From positions 12,825 through 76,824 of the IMG/VR virus record IMGVR_UViG_3300022689_000178: 64,000 bases of DNA. One strand, written 5' to 3'. Shown here in pieces: positions 29,101-38,821 of the stretch. The stretch comes from a virus. Below the pieces are notes generated by a model that made no database searches, was not told the origin of the DNA, and worked only from the letters and a program-made list of their open reading frames with translations. The position numbers were made by a program, and so were the translations under genes. How positions within the stretch are numbered: position 1 is the first letter of the stretch; every line of letters starts with the position of its first letter.

Positions 29101-30971
29101 CAAATAATGAAAATATGTATAGGCAAGACAGAAATTTTAATAAAAAAAATGGATTAAATAGAAGTTTTGGTGTATGGGATATTGAAAAGAATAGATTAAT
29201 TACACATCCAAACGGAAATATTAAAGATATTAAAGAATTGCGAAATCATGATACATTACAAGTAAATGAATCGGATAGTGCAAATCAAACAAAAGAAGCA
29301 TTACAAGAATTAAAAAAAGCAGGTTATAAAAATGCAGATAAATATAAACTAGTTGAATTGGGTGGTACAGGTGCGGCTGCCCGGAGAGATTCAATGCACG
29401 ATAACATTATTAATAACGGTGATTATAAAAATAATGTTAAAGTTCAAAATATGCTACAAGATATTGAGGAGAATCCAGATCATAATCACGGTGTATTTTA
29501 TACAAATAGGAAAACAAAAAATACAATTACTGATGCCTTATTGTCTAAAGGATACAAAAGAGAAGATATTGCATTCATAGATGCCGATAATAATAAAAAA
29601 CAAAATAATCAAATATTATCGGATTATATGACAGGCAAGAAAAAAATATTAGTTGGTTCACAGGTTGCAATGACAGGTTTAAATATTCAAAAAATGGATA
29701 CTATACATTTTATCGGAGTACCTAAAACATATAATCAGGAGCAACAGGCAGAGGCACGGGCACACAGAAAAGGCAGAGAAAATTATGCAAATGAATCTAA
29801 TCCGGCGGCTGATGTAAGAATATTACACCATGAAACAAATACAGTAATTGACAATAATGCAAGAAAAAATATTACAAGGCAAAAAAAAGAGGCTGCAAAA
29901 ATAAAACAATATGAAGAAAATTATGGACTGAAACAAGAGGCGCAAGTAAGTAAATCTTATATAAGTAAATCAATTATAAATAAAAAAAGAAATATTAAAT
30001 ACATAATAAAAGGAAGAAAGGCTGCTTCCATAGGAGCTAAAAGTCCTGATGGAAAACGTATTAAAATTGCTAATGAATGGATTCCTGTTAAAAATGTAAA
30101 ATTAACAAAAATTGATTATAATAAACTTTTAAATGCGAAAAAAGCAATACAAGCTCAACCAGTATTAAGAAATGACCCGAATGCAAAAGGACAAACTGCA
30201 TTAAAAAAAGAATCATTACCTGAAAAATATGTTTTTCGGAAAACAACCGGAAAAAAGAAAGTTGAACGAGTAATGCAAGAGTTTAAAGAAGGTAATTTGA
30301 AAGATAAATATGGTAAAATTATTACTAATAGAAAACAGGCAATTGCTATTGCACTAAACGAAGCCGGGTTATCTAAAGATATTGTAAATGAATATGAACA
30401 ATGGCAAAATGATAATTTAGACAAAAATATAATAGATTTTATCGATCAACGAAACAATCAATTATTTATAAAAAATATTGCTATTGGTCGTAAATACAAA
30501 GATGGTCAAAATATAAAAACATTACAAGGCCGGAAAAAAATAAATCCGTTAAAACAAGAATTAAAAAAATACACAGCTAATAGTAATGTTAATATAAAAC
30601 AATTGCCAGAAAACATAAAAAATCAAATTATTGATATAATGGCAAAAAATCCATTTTTAACACCACAGCAAGCATATAATAAATTAAAGATTACTAAAGG
30701 TCATAAAGATCAATTTCAGGGACAAATTTTGCAAACCGGAATTATTGATGGATGGGATATTAATAATATATTCAAATTTGATTCTAATGCAATAGATTGG
30801 AAAAATATTAAGGTATTAAATACGCAAGAAAATAATAGTTTAAAACAATTTATTGATAGGATAAAAAATATTAAAGATTGGAATAAGCTCAAAGATATTG
30901 CAAGAAAAATGATTAATAGGAATGATTGGTATAAATTCATAAAACTATATTTTAATTATGGCAAAAGATAA
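26175..30971 (+). CDS. Giant putative virion-packaged SF2/SNF2-type helicase (DarB-like role) with DUF6496-like domain
   Basis: DFGAGTGKT, VDEAH, STGT, TGLNIQ, QAEARAHRKG; N-terminal SRWIT..GHKVLI; KVERVMQEFKEG...RKQAIAIAL.EAG; late promoter at 26146. Confidence 0.8.
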   Translation: MKKYMVKYINEKVILCHTTLNKSFFLSHELEVVETNNKIISTIKKANAPTNISTPKQGSSWSVELLRNNPGSRWITFRGHKVLIRGNADGTATVVYSGNPSHEHLRIIPKEHKEYAKIKEAKQKSNEQKAGDSTEVKRTITEVGKKITKQKQNLIVNKITEGEPSGVEKDIPKIGNEKIDIPSIKKEDIPEKNKNFTKEFDKLNDKEKQKTLDELLDHAKNKITQDHEDSVKYSDFDSHKKVNIKSQNPLLDGMEIDKETAINIVGHELAAKQIKKEAVKDIKKNDITSLGNIGITDYDLEALPSDPVAITETVLREKENRIRAEKNTQFYNNLDKKLEGRSKQISNEITKGAHAELYAMSSLIMDGNGFSKDMLKFLGIDNATKILASLIDKKTDRDKIEKDLEKVLSKKNQIIVNNTLDAYQQQNDIINAYKEQSKDIYDENGNLVSKKMLAAATANANIARVTKEQNKELGNATGSLQTAASLLENIREIKDTGSNDMVLDGGLSKRSLIHKLKKFGLIDSVNIEKGEDGRYKVTIPKNQFNKILSNNTTNAKIDEKVKKIKEGATVRYGKDSLAAGQPDSFIDFMTEKEFNKNNDKLNQIRRKQANGTNLTEEEEKFYNKYNGYNKYVNTKGEEGYTSSQKEGTILYGKKMKARLDPHQQKAVAMANSQKRYIMDFGAGTGKTIAHLASISDLKAKGKLHSVAVMSPPSRLVKEFFKDQEKFFPNLKMLNLDEVKGGIEAKRKAIEDVKKNGYDIIISGHDSIKSGMLKNDNPTDFVDNKMKELSKAINTNHVRRTKKQKELVSKYKSIYSKKDGINQMRELFNKQFEDNKGLPEIIANVKPSYLGVDEAHEVWGEKTQSQKSESLRKMADSANHFVPSTGTLMRSGIGDFANIMNLTRPDLVPDVDEFKNKYAQGITGNVTEGIINNEMAKEVDAGILTHKTDITPQKKRNIDNPEHEKLDLSLNQKIAYANNENMYRQDRNFNKKNGLNRSFGVWDIEKNRLITHPNGNIKDIKELRNHDTLQVNESDSANQTKEALQELKKAGYKNADKYKLVELGGTGAAARRDSMHDNIINNGDYKNNVKVQNMLQDIEENPDHNHGVFYTNRKTKNTITDALLSKGYKREDIAFIDADNNKKQNNQILSDYMTGKKKILVGSQVAMTGLNIQKMDTIHFIGVPKTYNQEQQAEARAHRKGRENYANESNPAADVRILHHETNTVIDNNARKNITRQKKEAAKIKQYEENYGLKQEAQVSKSYISKSIINKKRNIKYIIKGRKAASIGAKSPDGKRIKIANEWIPVKNVKLTKIDYNKLLNAKKAIQAQPVLRNDPNAKGQTALKKESLPEKYVFRKTTGKKKVERVMQEFKEGNLKDKYGKIITNRKQAIAIALNEAGLSKDIVNEYEQWQNDNLDKNIIDFIDQRNNQLFIKNIAIGRKYKDGQNIKTLQGRKKINPLKQELKKYTANSNVNIKQLPENIKNQIIDIMAKNPFLTPQQAYNKLKITKGHKDQFQGQILQTGIIDGWDINNIFKFDSNAIDWKNIKVLNTQENNSLKQFIDRIKNIKDWNKLKDIARKMINRNDWYKFIKLYFNYGKR

Positions 30972-31224
30972 GAATACTATACGGTTAAATAATGTAATGC
31001 GGGTAACAGCGGCACATGATATAAAAACTAAAAAACATATTGACGATATGATTGCGCAAAATGAATTATTTACAAAAGAATATGATAAAAAAATGAAACA
31101 ATTAAAACAAATTGATTCAAAACAATATCCAAAAGAATATTTAAGGTTAAGTAATGAAATTACAGATATGGCTGTTGCTATTAAAATGAATGAAAATACT
31201 ATTAAAGAATTACAATTAACATAA
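30958..31224 (+). CDS. Hypothetical protein
   Basis: Overlapping ORF in head operon. Confidence 0.5.
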   Translation: MAKDKNTIRLNNVMRVTAAHDIKTKKHIDDMIAQNELFTKEYDKKMKQLKQIDSKQYPKEYLRLSNEITDMAVAIKMNENTIKELQLT

Positions 31225-31235
31225 TACAATTTGAT

Positions 31236-32144
31236 ATGAATACAACGGCACAATTTATAAATCCTGAAAGTGAATTTAATTTTAATGTTAATGCTGATAT
31301 AATTAAATCGGATGGCAATAAAATTGAGAAAGAAGCGGATTTGGATTATAACAATATGTGGATTCAGGGTGTGGCATCCGATAATACTAATGATGCGGAG
31401 GGTGAATCCTTATCACCAAAAACTTTTCAATTAGATTATTTTATGAAAGTTGGTAAAATAACCTATGAACATGGACATAAAGAAACTCCGACAAAAGCAA
31501 TTGGTGAACCAAGAAAAGCAATTATAACACCACAAAATCAATTTTTCGTAAAGGCTATATTGTATTCAAGTAGTGATTTGGCCAAAGATGTATATAAACA
31601 AACTTGGATATTACAAAATGACCCAAACTCAACACGAAGAATGCAATGGAGTATTGAAGGAAAAAGAATATGGGAAAATAACAAAGTCGTTGGTGCAATT
31701 ATCACTCATGTTACTTTAACACAAAATCCAATTAATTATAAAAATACCTATGCAGAGGTTGTGAAAAAAGCATTTAATATAAATTCAGATAAACCGGAAC
31801 AATTAAATACTGATGATGAAATTCAAAAATCAATTAAAGAATCTGAATTAATGTTATGGTTACATAGTATTGATTCAAATATTTATAGTCAAATACAAAA
31901 GGCAGAAAAATATTGTGAAATATTAATGTACTGTGAAAAATATCCAAATTATAAACAATATTTTACAAATAATACAATTGATAAATTAAATCAATTGGTA
32001 CAATTAAATGATATTAAAAAAAGCTATCAATATATTGATATTATATTCGGATTAATAAATAAATATCCCTCCGCAAGTGATTATTTCAATAAAGATATTG
32101 TCAAAAAAACAAATGAAATAATTACACGGGCAGAAAATCAATAA
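31236..32144 (+). CDS. Prohead protease
   Basis: IQGVASD...D.EGE, I.YEH, AIGEP, WSIEG, VTLT.NPIN. Confidence 0.88.
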   Translation: MNTTAQFINPESEFNFNVNADIIKSDGNKIEKEADLDYNNMWIQGVASDNTNDAEGESLSPKTFQLDYFMKVGKITYEHGHKETPTKAIGEPRKAIITPQNQFFVKAILYSSSDLAKDVYKQTWILQNDPNSTRRMQWSIEGKRIWENNKVVGAIITHVTLTQNPINYKNTYAEVVKKAFNINSDKPEQLNTDDEIQKSIKESELMLWLHSIDSNIYSQIQKAEKYCEILMYCEKYPNYKQYFTNNTIDKLNQLVQLNDIKKSYQYIDIIFGLINKYPSASDYFNKDIVKKTNEIITRAENQ

Positions 32145-32189
32145 AATAAACAGTAATATTTTTTTAAAAATAATTAAAAATCAAGAATC

Positions 32190-32990
32190 ATGAATTTAGA
32201 GGAAAAGATTGAAAAAGCATTTGCAAATATAATTGATGAGAACATCAAAAAAGCAGAGGATGGAGAAAACATAGAAAATCAAAATGTTGAAAATCCCGAA
32301 TCTGATGAGGATAAAAATGTCGAAATGGCTTTATCTTTTTTGAAAAAAGGCAATTATAAAAATGAAAATGAAATGATTGCTGCAATGAAAAAAGAAGGTT
32401 ATGATAAGGCTATTTGTAAAAAAGCCATTATGAAGTATAATACCGGTAAAATGAAAAAATCAATTGATGAAAATTTATCGGTACAAGAAACAAAAGAAGA
32501 TATTAAAAAATCTTTTGATTCGGAAAAAGATTCGGAAATAGATGTTACTGAATATCTGGAAAATTTGCCCGGCTTATTTGACAATTTTGAAACAAATATT
32601 GTTAAATCAATGCAAGAAGGTCGTGATGTTAATATTGCAATTGCTAAAGGAATGAAAATTATTGGCCATGCCATTGCAGACATTAATGAAAGGATAAATG
32701 AAGTGAATGATATTGTAAAAGCATTTGCCAAACAGCCTATACAAAAAGGAGTTAAAGGTGGTATAATTGAAAAAAGTTTTGATAAATCCGAAAAGGATGA
32801 TAAAGAAGTAAAAGATGATAGCATTTTAAAATCATCTGATTCCATAGAAATTCAACAAGCATTACTAAAAATTAATACTCCGGAATCACGTGAAACATTA
32901 CGAAAATTTTCCACTAATGCAAATTTTGAATTATTGAAAAATTTCCGTAATGAAATAGAAAGCCATACCGGAAAAAAAATGCCGGCATAA
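32190..32990 (+). CDS. Capsid scaffold protein
   Basis: Lies between protease and MCP; many hydrophobic-x-K-[SAG] motifs; acidic. Confidence 0.7.
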   Translation: MNLEEKIEKAFANIIDENIKKAEDGENIENQNVENPESDEDKNVEMALSFLKKGNYKNENEMIAAMKKEGYDKAICKKAIMKYNTGKMKKSIDENLSVQETKEDIKKSFDSEKDSEIDVTEYLENLPGLFDNFETNIVKSMQEGRDVNIAIAKGMKIIGHAIADINERINEVNDIVKAFAKQPIQKGVKGGIIEKSFDKSEKDDKEVKDDSILKSSDSIEIQQALLKINTPESRETLRKFSTNANFELLKNFRNEIESHTGKKMPA

Positions 32991-33043
32991 TTGCAAACAA
33001 ATAAAACAGTAAATAAAGTAATAAACACTAAAATATTAAAAAA

Positions 33044-34606
33044 ATGGATTACAATAGCTTTAAAAAATTAGTACTCAGCAAAAATAATTCAGAAGATATT
33101 GATCAATTATTGAAAGCAGTTGAAACTGAATATGAATTGGGGAGTAGTACAAGTGCGACCGGACTTGACCCGTTAAAACTTGAAAATTTATCGGCATACA
33201 TGGCATCTATTGTTGCCGATAATGAAACAATTAAATTATCAAAATCATTAAAACGAATTCCATGTACATCAAATATGTACGAAGTACCAAGACATTTAAC
33301 ACATGGAACTTGGTTTGGTAATTATGGTAATTTCGGAGAACAATTAGGGCTTGGTGATAACCAAGAAACCGATCATGATCGTGCATTAGTTAAAATTAAA
33401 TATCAGGTTGAAAATAGAGAAGTATCAATTGCTGCAAGTTTAATTAATTTATACGGTGGACAGGGAACAAATAAAACAAGTGGTGGCCGAATTGATGGAA
33501 AAGCATATAATCAGGCATTGGAAATTGAAACAACCAGTGGTTTGCAAGAAATGGCTATTAATGAAAATAAAGGATTATGGTTTGGTAATTCAAGTGTTGA
33601 TCCTCGTGCTTTTGATGGCATATTAGAATTACATAAATACAAAAAACAAGGCGATCCTACATCAAAGCATACACCGGAAGAATATAGTCAATTGAAAAAT
33701 GTATTTGACTTGCGGGGTTCTAAATTAACGTATGGCAAATTAAATGAAGTACAACGTGCAATTATGAGTCAATGGGGTATGGCCAATTCATTCTTTGGCG
33801 CACCTTCAATAATTGACGATTTATCCAGTGCTGATTTAGAATTGATTCGTAGGATAAATCAAAATGAACCTAAACAATTAGAAAATTTAACAGTTGGACA
33901 AAGTATTTCGGCATTTAATAGTCAACTTGGAGGTAAGATAGCATTAAATTGGGACTTTCATTTAGAACGGCATGTTGAAGGCACAGGTACAGGTGAAAAT
34001 TATGGGGATAGTTGGAAAATAAATGATCCAAATCAAAACATTAGAACCAATGCACCTGCAAGTCCTGGTACTACTTCAAATACAGCCGTTGGTGATGCAT
34101 TATCTAAATTTGGAGCTACTGATGCCGGCGATTATTTTTATGCGGTTGCCGCCGTTGGAGATTATGGATTATCAAAACTTGTATTAATGAATGCAACTGC
34201 CGTAACAGTAGCGGCTGGACAATCAGTTGATTTAGTATTTGCTGATGGTGCTGGCACCTATCCGACCAGAGGTTATGTAATTTATCGTTCGGAAAAAGAT
34301 GCACCAGACGCAACAGGTTATTTTTATCCAATTTTTGAAATTAGCACTTCTGAACTTGCCGCAGGTTATGATGGAGGCGCTGCAACAGTAGTGAGAGATA
34401 GGAATAGAACGTTAGTACATACCCAGGATGCTGTAATGTTTTATAATGATCCTCGCATTATACATGTACCGGAATTATTGCCATTAACACGTATTCCATT
34501 AGCACGTACTCAATTAAGTGATAAATTTGCATTAGCCCATTTTTACGCTTTAGCAATGCCAACACCACAAAAAATTGCGATTATACGAAATGTTGGTAAT
34601 TCCTAA
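33044..34606 (+). CDS. Major capsid protein
   Basis: LLKA cleavage-type motif, LK.ENL, WFGNS...FDGI, NVFDLRG, ELLPLTRIPLA, P.KIAIIRNV (Herelleviridae-like MCP). Confidence 0.92.
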   Translation: MDYNSFKKLVLSKNNSEDIDQLLKAVETEYELGSSTSATGLDPLKLENLSAYMASIVADNETIKLSKSLKRIPCTSNMYEVPRHLTHGTWFGNYGNFGEQLGLGDNQETDHDRALVKIKYQVENREVSIAASLINLYGGQGTNKTSGGRIDGKAYNQALEIETTSGLQEMAINENKGLWFGNSSVDPRAFDGILELHKYKKQGDPTSKHTPEEYSQLKNVFDLRGSKLTYGKLNEVQRAIMSQWGMANSFFGAPSIIDDLSSADLELIRRINQNEPKQLENLTVGQSISAFNSQLGGKIALNWDFHLERHVEGTGTGENYGDSWKINDPNQNIRTNAPASPGTTSNTAVGDALSKFGATDAGDYFYAVAAVGDYGLSKLVLMNATAVTVAAGQSVDLVFADGAGTYPTRGYVIYRSEKDAPDATGYFYPIFEISTSELAAGYDGGAATVVRDRNRTLVHTQDAVMFYNDPRIIHVPELLPLTRIPLARTQLSDKFALAHFYALAMPTPQKIAIIRNVGNS

Positions 34607-34637
34607 AGATTAAATTCATTTTTTTAAAAATATTTTG

Positions 34638-34670
34638 GCCTTCAATTTTTTAATTGAAGGCTTTTTTTTT
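34638..34670 (+). terminator. Terminator after major capsid gene
   Basis: GCCTTCAATT/AATTGAAGGC plus T run. Confidence 0.85.
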
Positions 34671-34725
34671 ATCATTTATTTACAGTAATATTATAATAAA
34701 TTATTAATTTTTAAAATTTAACACC

Positions 34726-34965
34726 ATGCTAATTAAACGAAAAAGTACATATTTGCGAAAAAAATCAATTATTGGAAATCGTGAAATAAATTGGTTGAAT
34801 GAACCGGTAGAATTTTCTGCTAAAGAGGGAAAAGAATTAATCAAAAATTTTCCGGATCGTTATGAAGAGGTTATATCTAAAGATATTAAATCTAATGAAA
34901 ATGAACCTAAAAAAATAACACAAAAAACTTTGAAAAAAAAGACATCTAAAAATTTTACTGAATAA
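34726..34965 (+). CDS. Small head-associated protein
   Basis: Directly after MCP; late motif at 34683. Confidence 0.55.
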   Translation: MLIKRKSTYLRKKSIIGNREINWLNEPVEFSAKEGKELIKNFPDRYEEVISKDIKSNENEPKKITQKTLKKKTSKNFTE

Positions 34966-34968
34966 AAT

Positions 34969-35733
34969 ATGGAATTAGATTTAGAAATAACATGTAAAAT
35001 TGATAATACTCTTGCAATGAGTTGTGATGAGTTAAAAACAACTTATGCAACAGATATTGCTTTTGAGGGATTAGGTGGACAAAGATTGACATGCTCAACA
35101 GTTGAAAATAAAATTAAAACTGAGCAAGTCAAATTGGAAAACATGTTGGATATAAAAATTGTAAAACAACAATTAAAAGAACAGCAAGAATACTATCGAG
35201 AACAATTCCGAGAATGGGGCTATATAAAAGTGCATAATAATATATCCGAAGTTATTTCTGTTAATGGTTATGTAAATAATAACAAAGTAATTGAATTAGA
35301 ATTAACTGATTTATCAATTAAACAACAAATTGATAAATTCAGGAATATATATATAATGCCGGCGGGTATTGGATTATGGCAAACTACATTATGGCCATTT
35401 ATATTCCGGTATGGTTACCGGACAGATTATATTCCAAATTTTTGGCATATTGAATATATATCCGGTTTTGACCAAATACCGGAAGATATAAAAGAGGCAA
35501 TTGGAAAAAAAACAATGTTACAAGTATATAATATTTTAGGTAACATATTATTTGGAACTGGTATCGCATCAACCTCCAAATCAATAGATGGATTAAGTCA
35601 ATCAGTCGGTACAACACAATCGGCTACAAATGCTTTATTCGGAGCATCTATTAATCAATTTCAAGATGAATTAAAGCAAGAAATCCCTGCTTTAAAAGAT
35701 AAATATAGAGGTATCACCGCACTAAAATTATAA
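34969..35733 (+). CDS. Head-tail adaptor (neck) protein
   Basis: IEYISGF..IP.DI..AIGK, GIASTS.SIDGLSQS. Confidence 0.75.
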   Translation: MELDLEITCKIDNTLAMSCDELKTTYATDIAFEGLGGQRLTCSTVENKIKTEQVKLENMLDIKIVKQQLKEQQEYYREQFREWGYIKVHNNISEVISVNGYVNNNKVIELELTDLSIKQQIDKFRNIYIMPAGIGLWQTTLWPFIFRYGYRTDYIPNFWHIEYISGFDQIPEDIKEAIGKKTMLQVYNILGNILFGTGIASTSKSIDGLSQSVGTTQSATNALFGASINQFQDELKQEIPALKDKYRGITALKL

Positions 35734-35738
35734 AACAC

Positions 35739-36494
35739 ATGCGAAGTAAGCAACAATTAAGGAGCGATTTTGATACTATTGGTTTTGAAAATCTTGTTTA
35801 TCAAAATGCAGCCAAAATAAAACTTGAAAAAGCTATACTTTGTCCATGTGGACGAAAAGATAACCAACATTCAAAACGTTGCATTAATTGTAATGGTACA
35901 GGATTTTTCTTTGATGAGTATTCTCAAAATATTTGGGGTATGATAACAAGTTTAAATTATAACCAAATATTAGGGTTAACACGTGAGGAGCTTAATGCAA
36001 CGGCTAATTTAACATTATCTAAAACTTATGATGCACGGTTACAAGTGTATGACAAATTAACTATATTAGATGGAAAAGGAATTACCACCTACAAACAAAT
36101 ATTCCCTGAAATAAGGGAGAATAATTTAGGAATTGATGTATTGGATGTGCAAGTAAATCAAAAGATACAATCTATTGAAATGATTTATTTATATATTGAT
36201 GATAAAACACCACTGCAAAAATTAAATGAATCCGATTATAGTTATTATAACAATATCATTCAATTTTCAGATGTATTAAAAAATCAATTACAACAATCCG
36301 GAAATGATTCTTATAGTATGACTGTACGATATAGATATTTGCCTACATATCAAGTTATGCGAACAGAACATAATATAAGACAAACAAGAATTTTGCAAAC
36401 TGGTGGAATAGAAGCATTAGAATTTTTACCATTAATGTATTTAATTCAAGAATCATGGTATTTTGCCCAAAATACCGGATATGAAAATAATTAA
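35739..36494 (+). CDS. Head closure/neck protein with Zn finger
   Basis: EKA.LCPC...CINCNGTG as in Twort-like neck proteins. Confidence 0.7.
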   Translation: MRSKQQLRSDFDTIGFENLVYQNAAKIKLEKAILCPCGRKDNQHSKRCINCNGTGFFFDEYSQNIWGMITSLNYNQILGLTREELNATANLTLSKTYDARLQVYDKLTILDGKGITTYKQIFPEIRENNLGIDVLDVQVNQKIQSIEMIYLYIDDKTPLQKLNESDYSYYNNIIQFSDVLKNQLQQSGNDSYSMTVRYRYLPTYQVMRTEHNIRQTRILQTGGIEALEFLPLMYLIQESWYFAQNTGYENN

Positions 36495-36673
36495 ATATTT
36501 TCCATATCAATATTACCTTCACATTTAGGACAAAGTAATTTATCAAATTTTTTATCTGTCAATAAATTTTCAATATCATTTGTTTCAAAATCACAATTCA
36601 AACAATAAAACGTAAAATTAATATTAGCATCCTGTATGCTACCATCTATATTAATTATTATATCATTTTCCAT
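36491..36673 (-). CDS. Small zinc-ribbon protein
   Basis: CLNC ... CPKC. Confidence 0.6.
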   Translation of the reverse strand: MENDIIINIDGSIQDANINFTFYCLNCDFETNDIENLLTDKKFDKLLCPKCEGNIDMENI

Positions 36674-36677
36674 GATC

Positions 36678-37022
36678 TCAATATTTAAAATTATTTTTTG
36701 TTTTCATTACTACTTCAAAAAATTCAGTAAATCTATTTTGTAATTCAGTAAATAAATATTGTTTCAATCGTGCATTAATATCATGCGAAATCATAGCAAA
36801 AATGGACATATTAAATTCAATTGTATCTTCTGTAATAACATTTTTTGTAAAAATATTATTTAATTGGGTTTCATTAATCCGTTTACGTTTTATTTCAGGA
36901 TGGTTAATATGAATCCATTTTCCTTTATGAATTACTTCAACCGGATTAATAATATTAATGATACAATTAGAATCATTTAAAGTTATTTCACCATACACTA
37001 AATTATATTTTTTTTCAGTCAT
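36678..37022 (-). CDS. Hypothetical protein (inverted island)
   Basis: Own minus-strand promoter at 37054-37090. Confidence 0.6.
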   Translation of the reverse strand: MTEKKYNLVYGEITLNDSNCIINIINPVEVIHKGKWIHINHPEIKRKRINETQLNNIFTKNVITEDTIEFNMSIFAMISHDINARLKQYLFTELQNRFTEFFEVVMKTKNNFKY

Positions 37023-37053
37023 TATATATTATTATTTATTGTTAATAATAAGG

Positions 37054-37090
37054 CAAAGATATTAATAGTAATATTAAATATAAATGACAA
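37054..37090 (-). promoter_or_regulatory. Putative middle promoter TTGTCATTTA-N19-TATCTTTG
   Basis: Conserved box and spacing. Confidence 0.65.
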
Positions 37091-37109
37091 TTATCATAAA
37101 CTTAAAATT

Positions 37110-37994
37110 ATGGTTATACAAGAAATAAATTTAGGAGATTATATATATGATATTGGTTTAAATGCGCAAGAAATTGAAGAAATTACTAAATTAACAGTAC
37201 AACAAATAACCAATAAAATAAAAAAGAATATTGTAGAAAAAGCCAGCAATGAATTATTTAGAACTAAATCCAATTACATAAAAAATGTAAACACTCAATT
37301 TTCAAATGATGGATTAAAGGGATATATTTTTCTTGCAAATAAAAAAGCATTAATGATTGAAGAAGGATTATCTCCTTTTGATATGAAAACCGGTTTTGCT
37401 AATTCTGAAAAAGCAAAAAGGACTGAAACAAATAAAGAAAAATTGCAAAAAAAAGGTAAACAAAAATGGATGGAAAAAGGATGGCATCTAACCATTCCAT
37501 TTAGATTAGGTGTACCGGAATCAATTGGTGAAGAATTTTCCGGTAATTTGAATGATAGTATATACAATATTGCTTTACGTGATTTGGAAAAAAAAGTATC
37601 ACAACGGGCAGAAAATACGAAAACCGGAGAATCATTTATAAAAAATAAATATAGTGGAATAGGTATAAATCAATTAGCGAACTTAAATAAAGGATATGAA
37701 ATTCCTTCAATAAATAGGAGGGACAAATGGACATCACCTGCTCCTCCTATATATACACATAAATCCGCAATGTTTGAGGGTGTAACTAAAATAGAAGAGG
37801 TTTATAAAAAAACAGTACAAAGTACATATTTAAAATTTAGACGTGTAAGTAGTAATTCCGATCCGAATTCATGGATGCATCCTGGCATAAAAGCTCATAA
37901 ATATTTTGATAAAGTAATGCAAGAAATAGATTTTGACCAAGAAACATCAAATTACATAGATAAAGTATTGTTACAATTAGGATTTATTGAATAA
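37110..37994 (+). CDS. Neck/tail completion protein
   Basis: MIEEG.SPFDMK, LTIPFR, FRRVSSNSDPNSWMHPG. Confidence 0.75.
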   Translation: MVIQEINLGDYIYDIGLNAQEIEEITKLTVQQITNKIKKNIVEKASNELFRTKSNYIKNVNTQFSNDGLKGYIFLANKKALMIEEGLSPFDMKTGFANSEKAKRTETNKEKLQKKGKQKWMEKGWHLTIPFRLGVPESIGEEFSGNLNDSIYNIALRDLEKKVSQRAENTKTGESFIKNKYSGIGINQLANLNKGYEIPSINRRDKWTSPAPPIYTHKSAMFEGVTKIEEVYKKTVQSTYLKFRRVSSNSDPNSWMHPGIKAHKYFDKVMQEIDFDQETSNYIDKVLLQLGFIE

Positions 37995-38694
37995 TATTTT
38001 TATCCTTAAAATGTTCTAATGTCCATGTGTCAAAATCAAAATTGATATAATCATTTTCTTGTAAATATGTTTCAATTATTTGAGCAATTTGTTTCCGATT
38101 CCCATCTTTAGTTTTATTAAATCTGCCTTTTATATAATAATAATAAGCAATTTTATATATTTGACATTCCTTATCATTATATTTATTACTATTAGTTACT
38201 TTTTGTAATTCATTATACTTTTCAGTTAATTCTATTAATTGATTATTCTTTACTTTAATCAAACTATTTAATTTATCAATTTCATATTTACTACTATTAT
38301 TTACTTTTTTTGTTTTTTGTCTAACAAAACCAACACCTAAAGTAACTAATATAGTAAAAAATGAGTACAATATAGATACATATTCAATTCGTTTAGTTTC
38401 TTCTATTAATGTATTGTACCATAAAAAAATTACTAATCCATCAAATATGGCAAAACAAAATTTCAATAAAAAGTCATTACTTCTTTTTTCAAATATTTTA
38501 TTTTGTGCGATTACATAAATTGTTGCTGCCGAATAACAAAAAGCAAATATAGCATTTGCAATATTTTCTATTAAATCGTTGACCGTTTCAAAATTTGCAG
38601 CCCAAAATATTAATCGTGTATTACTGATTAATAAATGAAACAATAAGGAAATTAAAATGATAATTGAAAAGTGTTTTGTCATAAAATTTTTCAT
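37984..38694 (-). CDS. Multi-pass membrane protein with coiled-coil tail (inverted island)
   Basis: About 4 hydrophobic helices; own promoter at 38744-38780. Confidence 0.65.
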   Translation of the reverse strand: MKNFMTKHFSIIILISLLFHLLISNTRLIFWAANFETVNDLIENIANAIFAFCYSAATIYVIAQNKIFEKRSNDFLLKFCFAIFDGLVIFLWYNTLIEETKRIEYVSILYSFFTILVTLGVGFVRQKTKKVNNSSKYEIDKLNSLIKVKNNQLIELTEKYNELQKVTNSNKYNDKECQIYKIAYYYYIKGRFNKTKDGNRKQIAQIIETYLQENDYINFDFDTWTLEHFKDKNIIQ

Positions 38695-38743
38695 AATAAT
38701 AGTATTTGAAAAGTTATTAATTATATTTAAAAAACAACATTTG

Positions 38744-38780
38744 CAATAATAAAGTAATTTAAAACTAATCTTTATGACAA
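38744..38780 (-). promoter_or_regulatory. Putative middle promoter TTGTCATAAA-N19-TATTATTG
   Basis: Conserved box and spacing. Confidence 0.6.
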
Positions 38781-38821
38781 AAATCAGTAATATTGAAATA
38801 AATAATAAATTTTAAAAAAAT

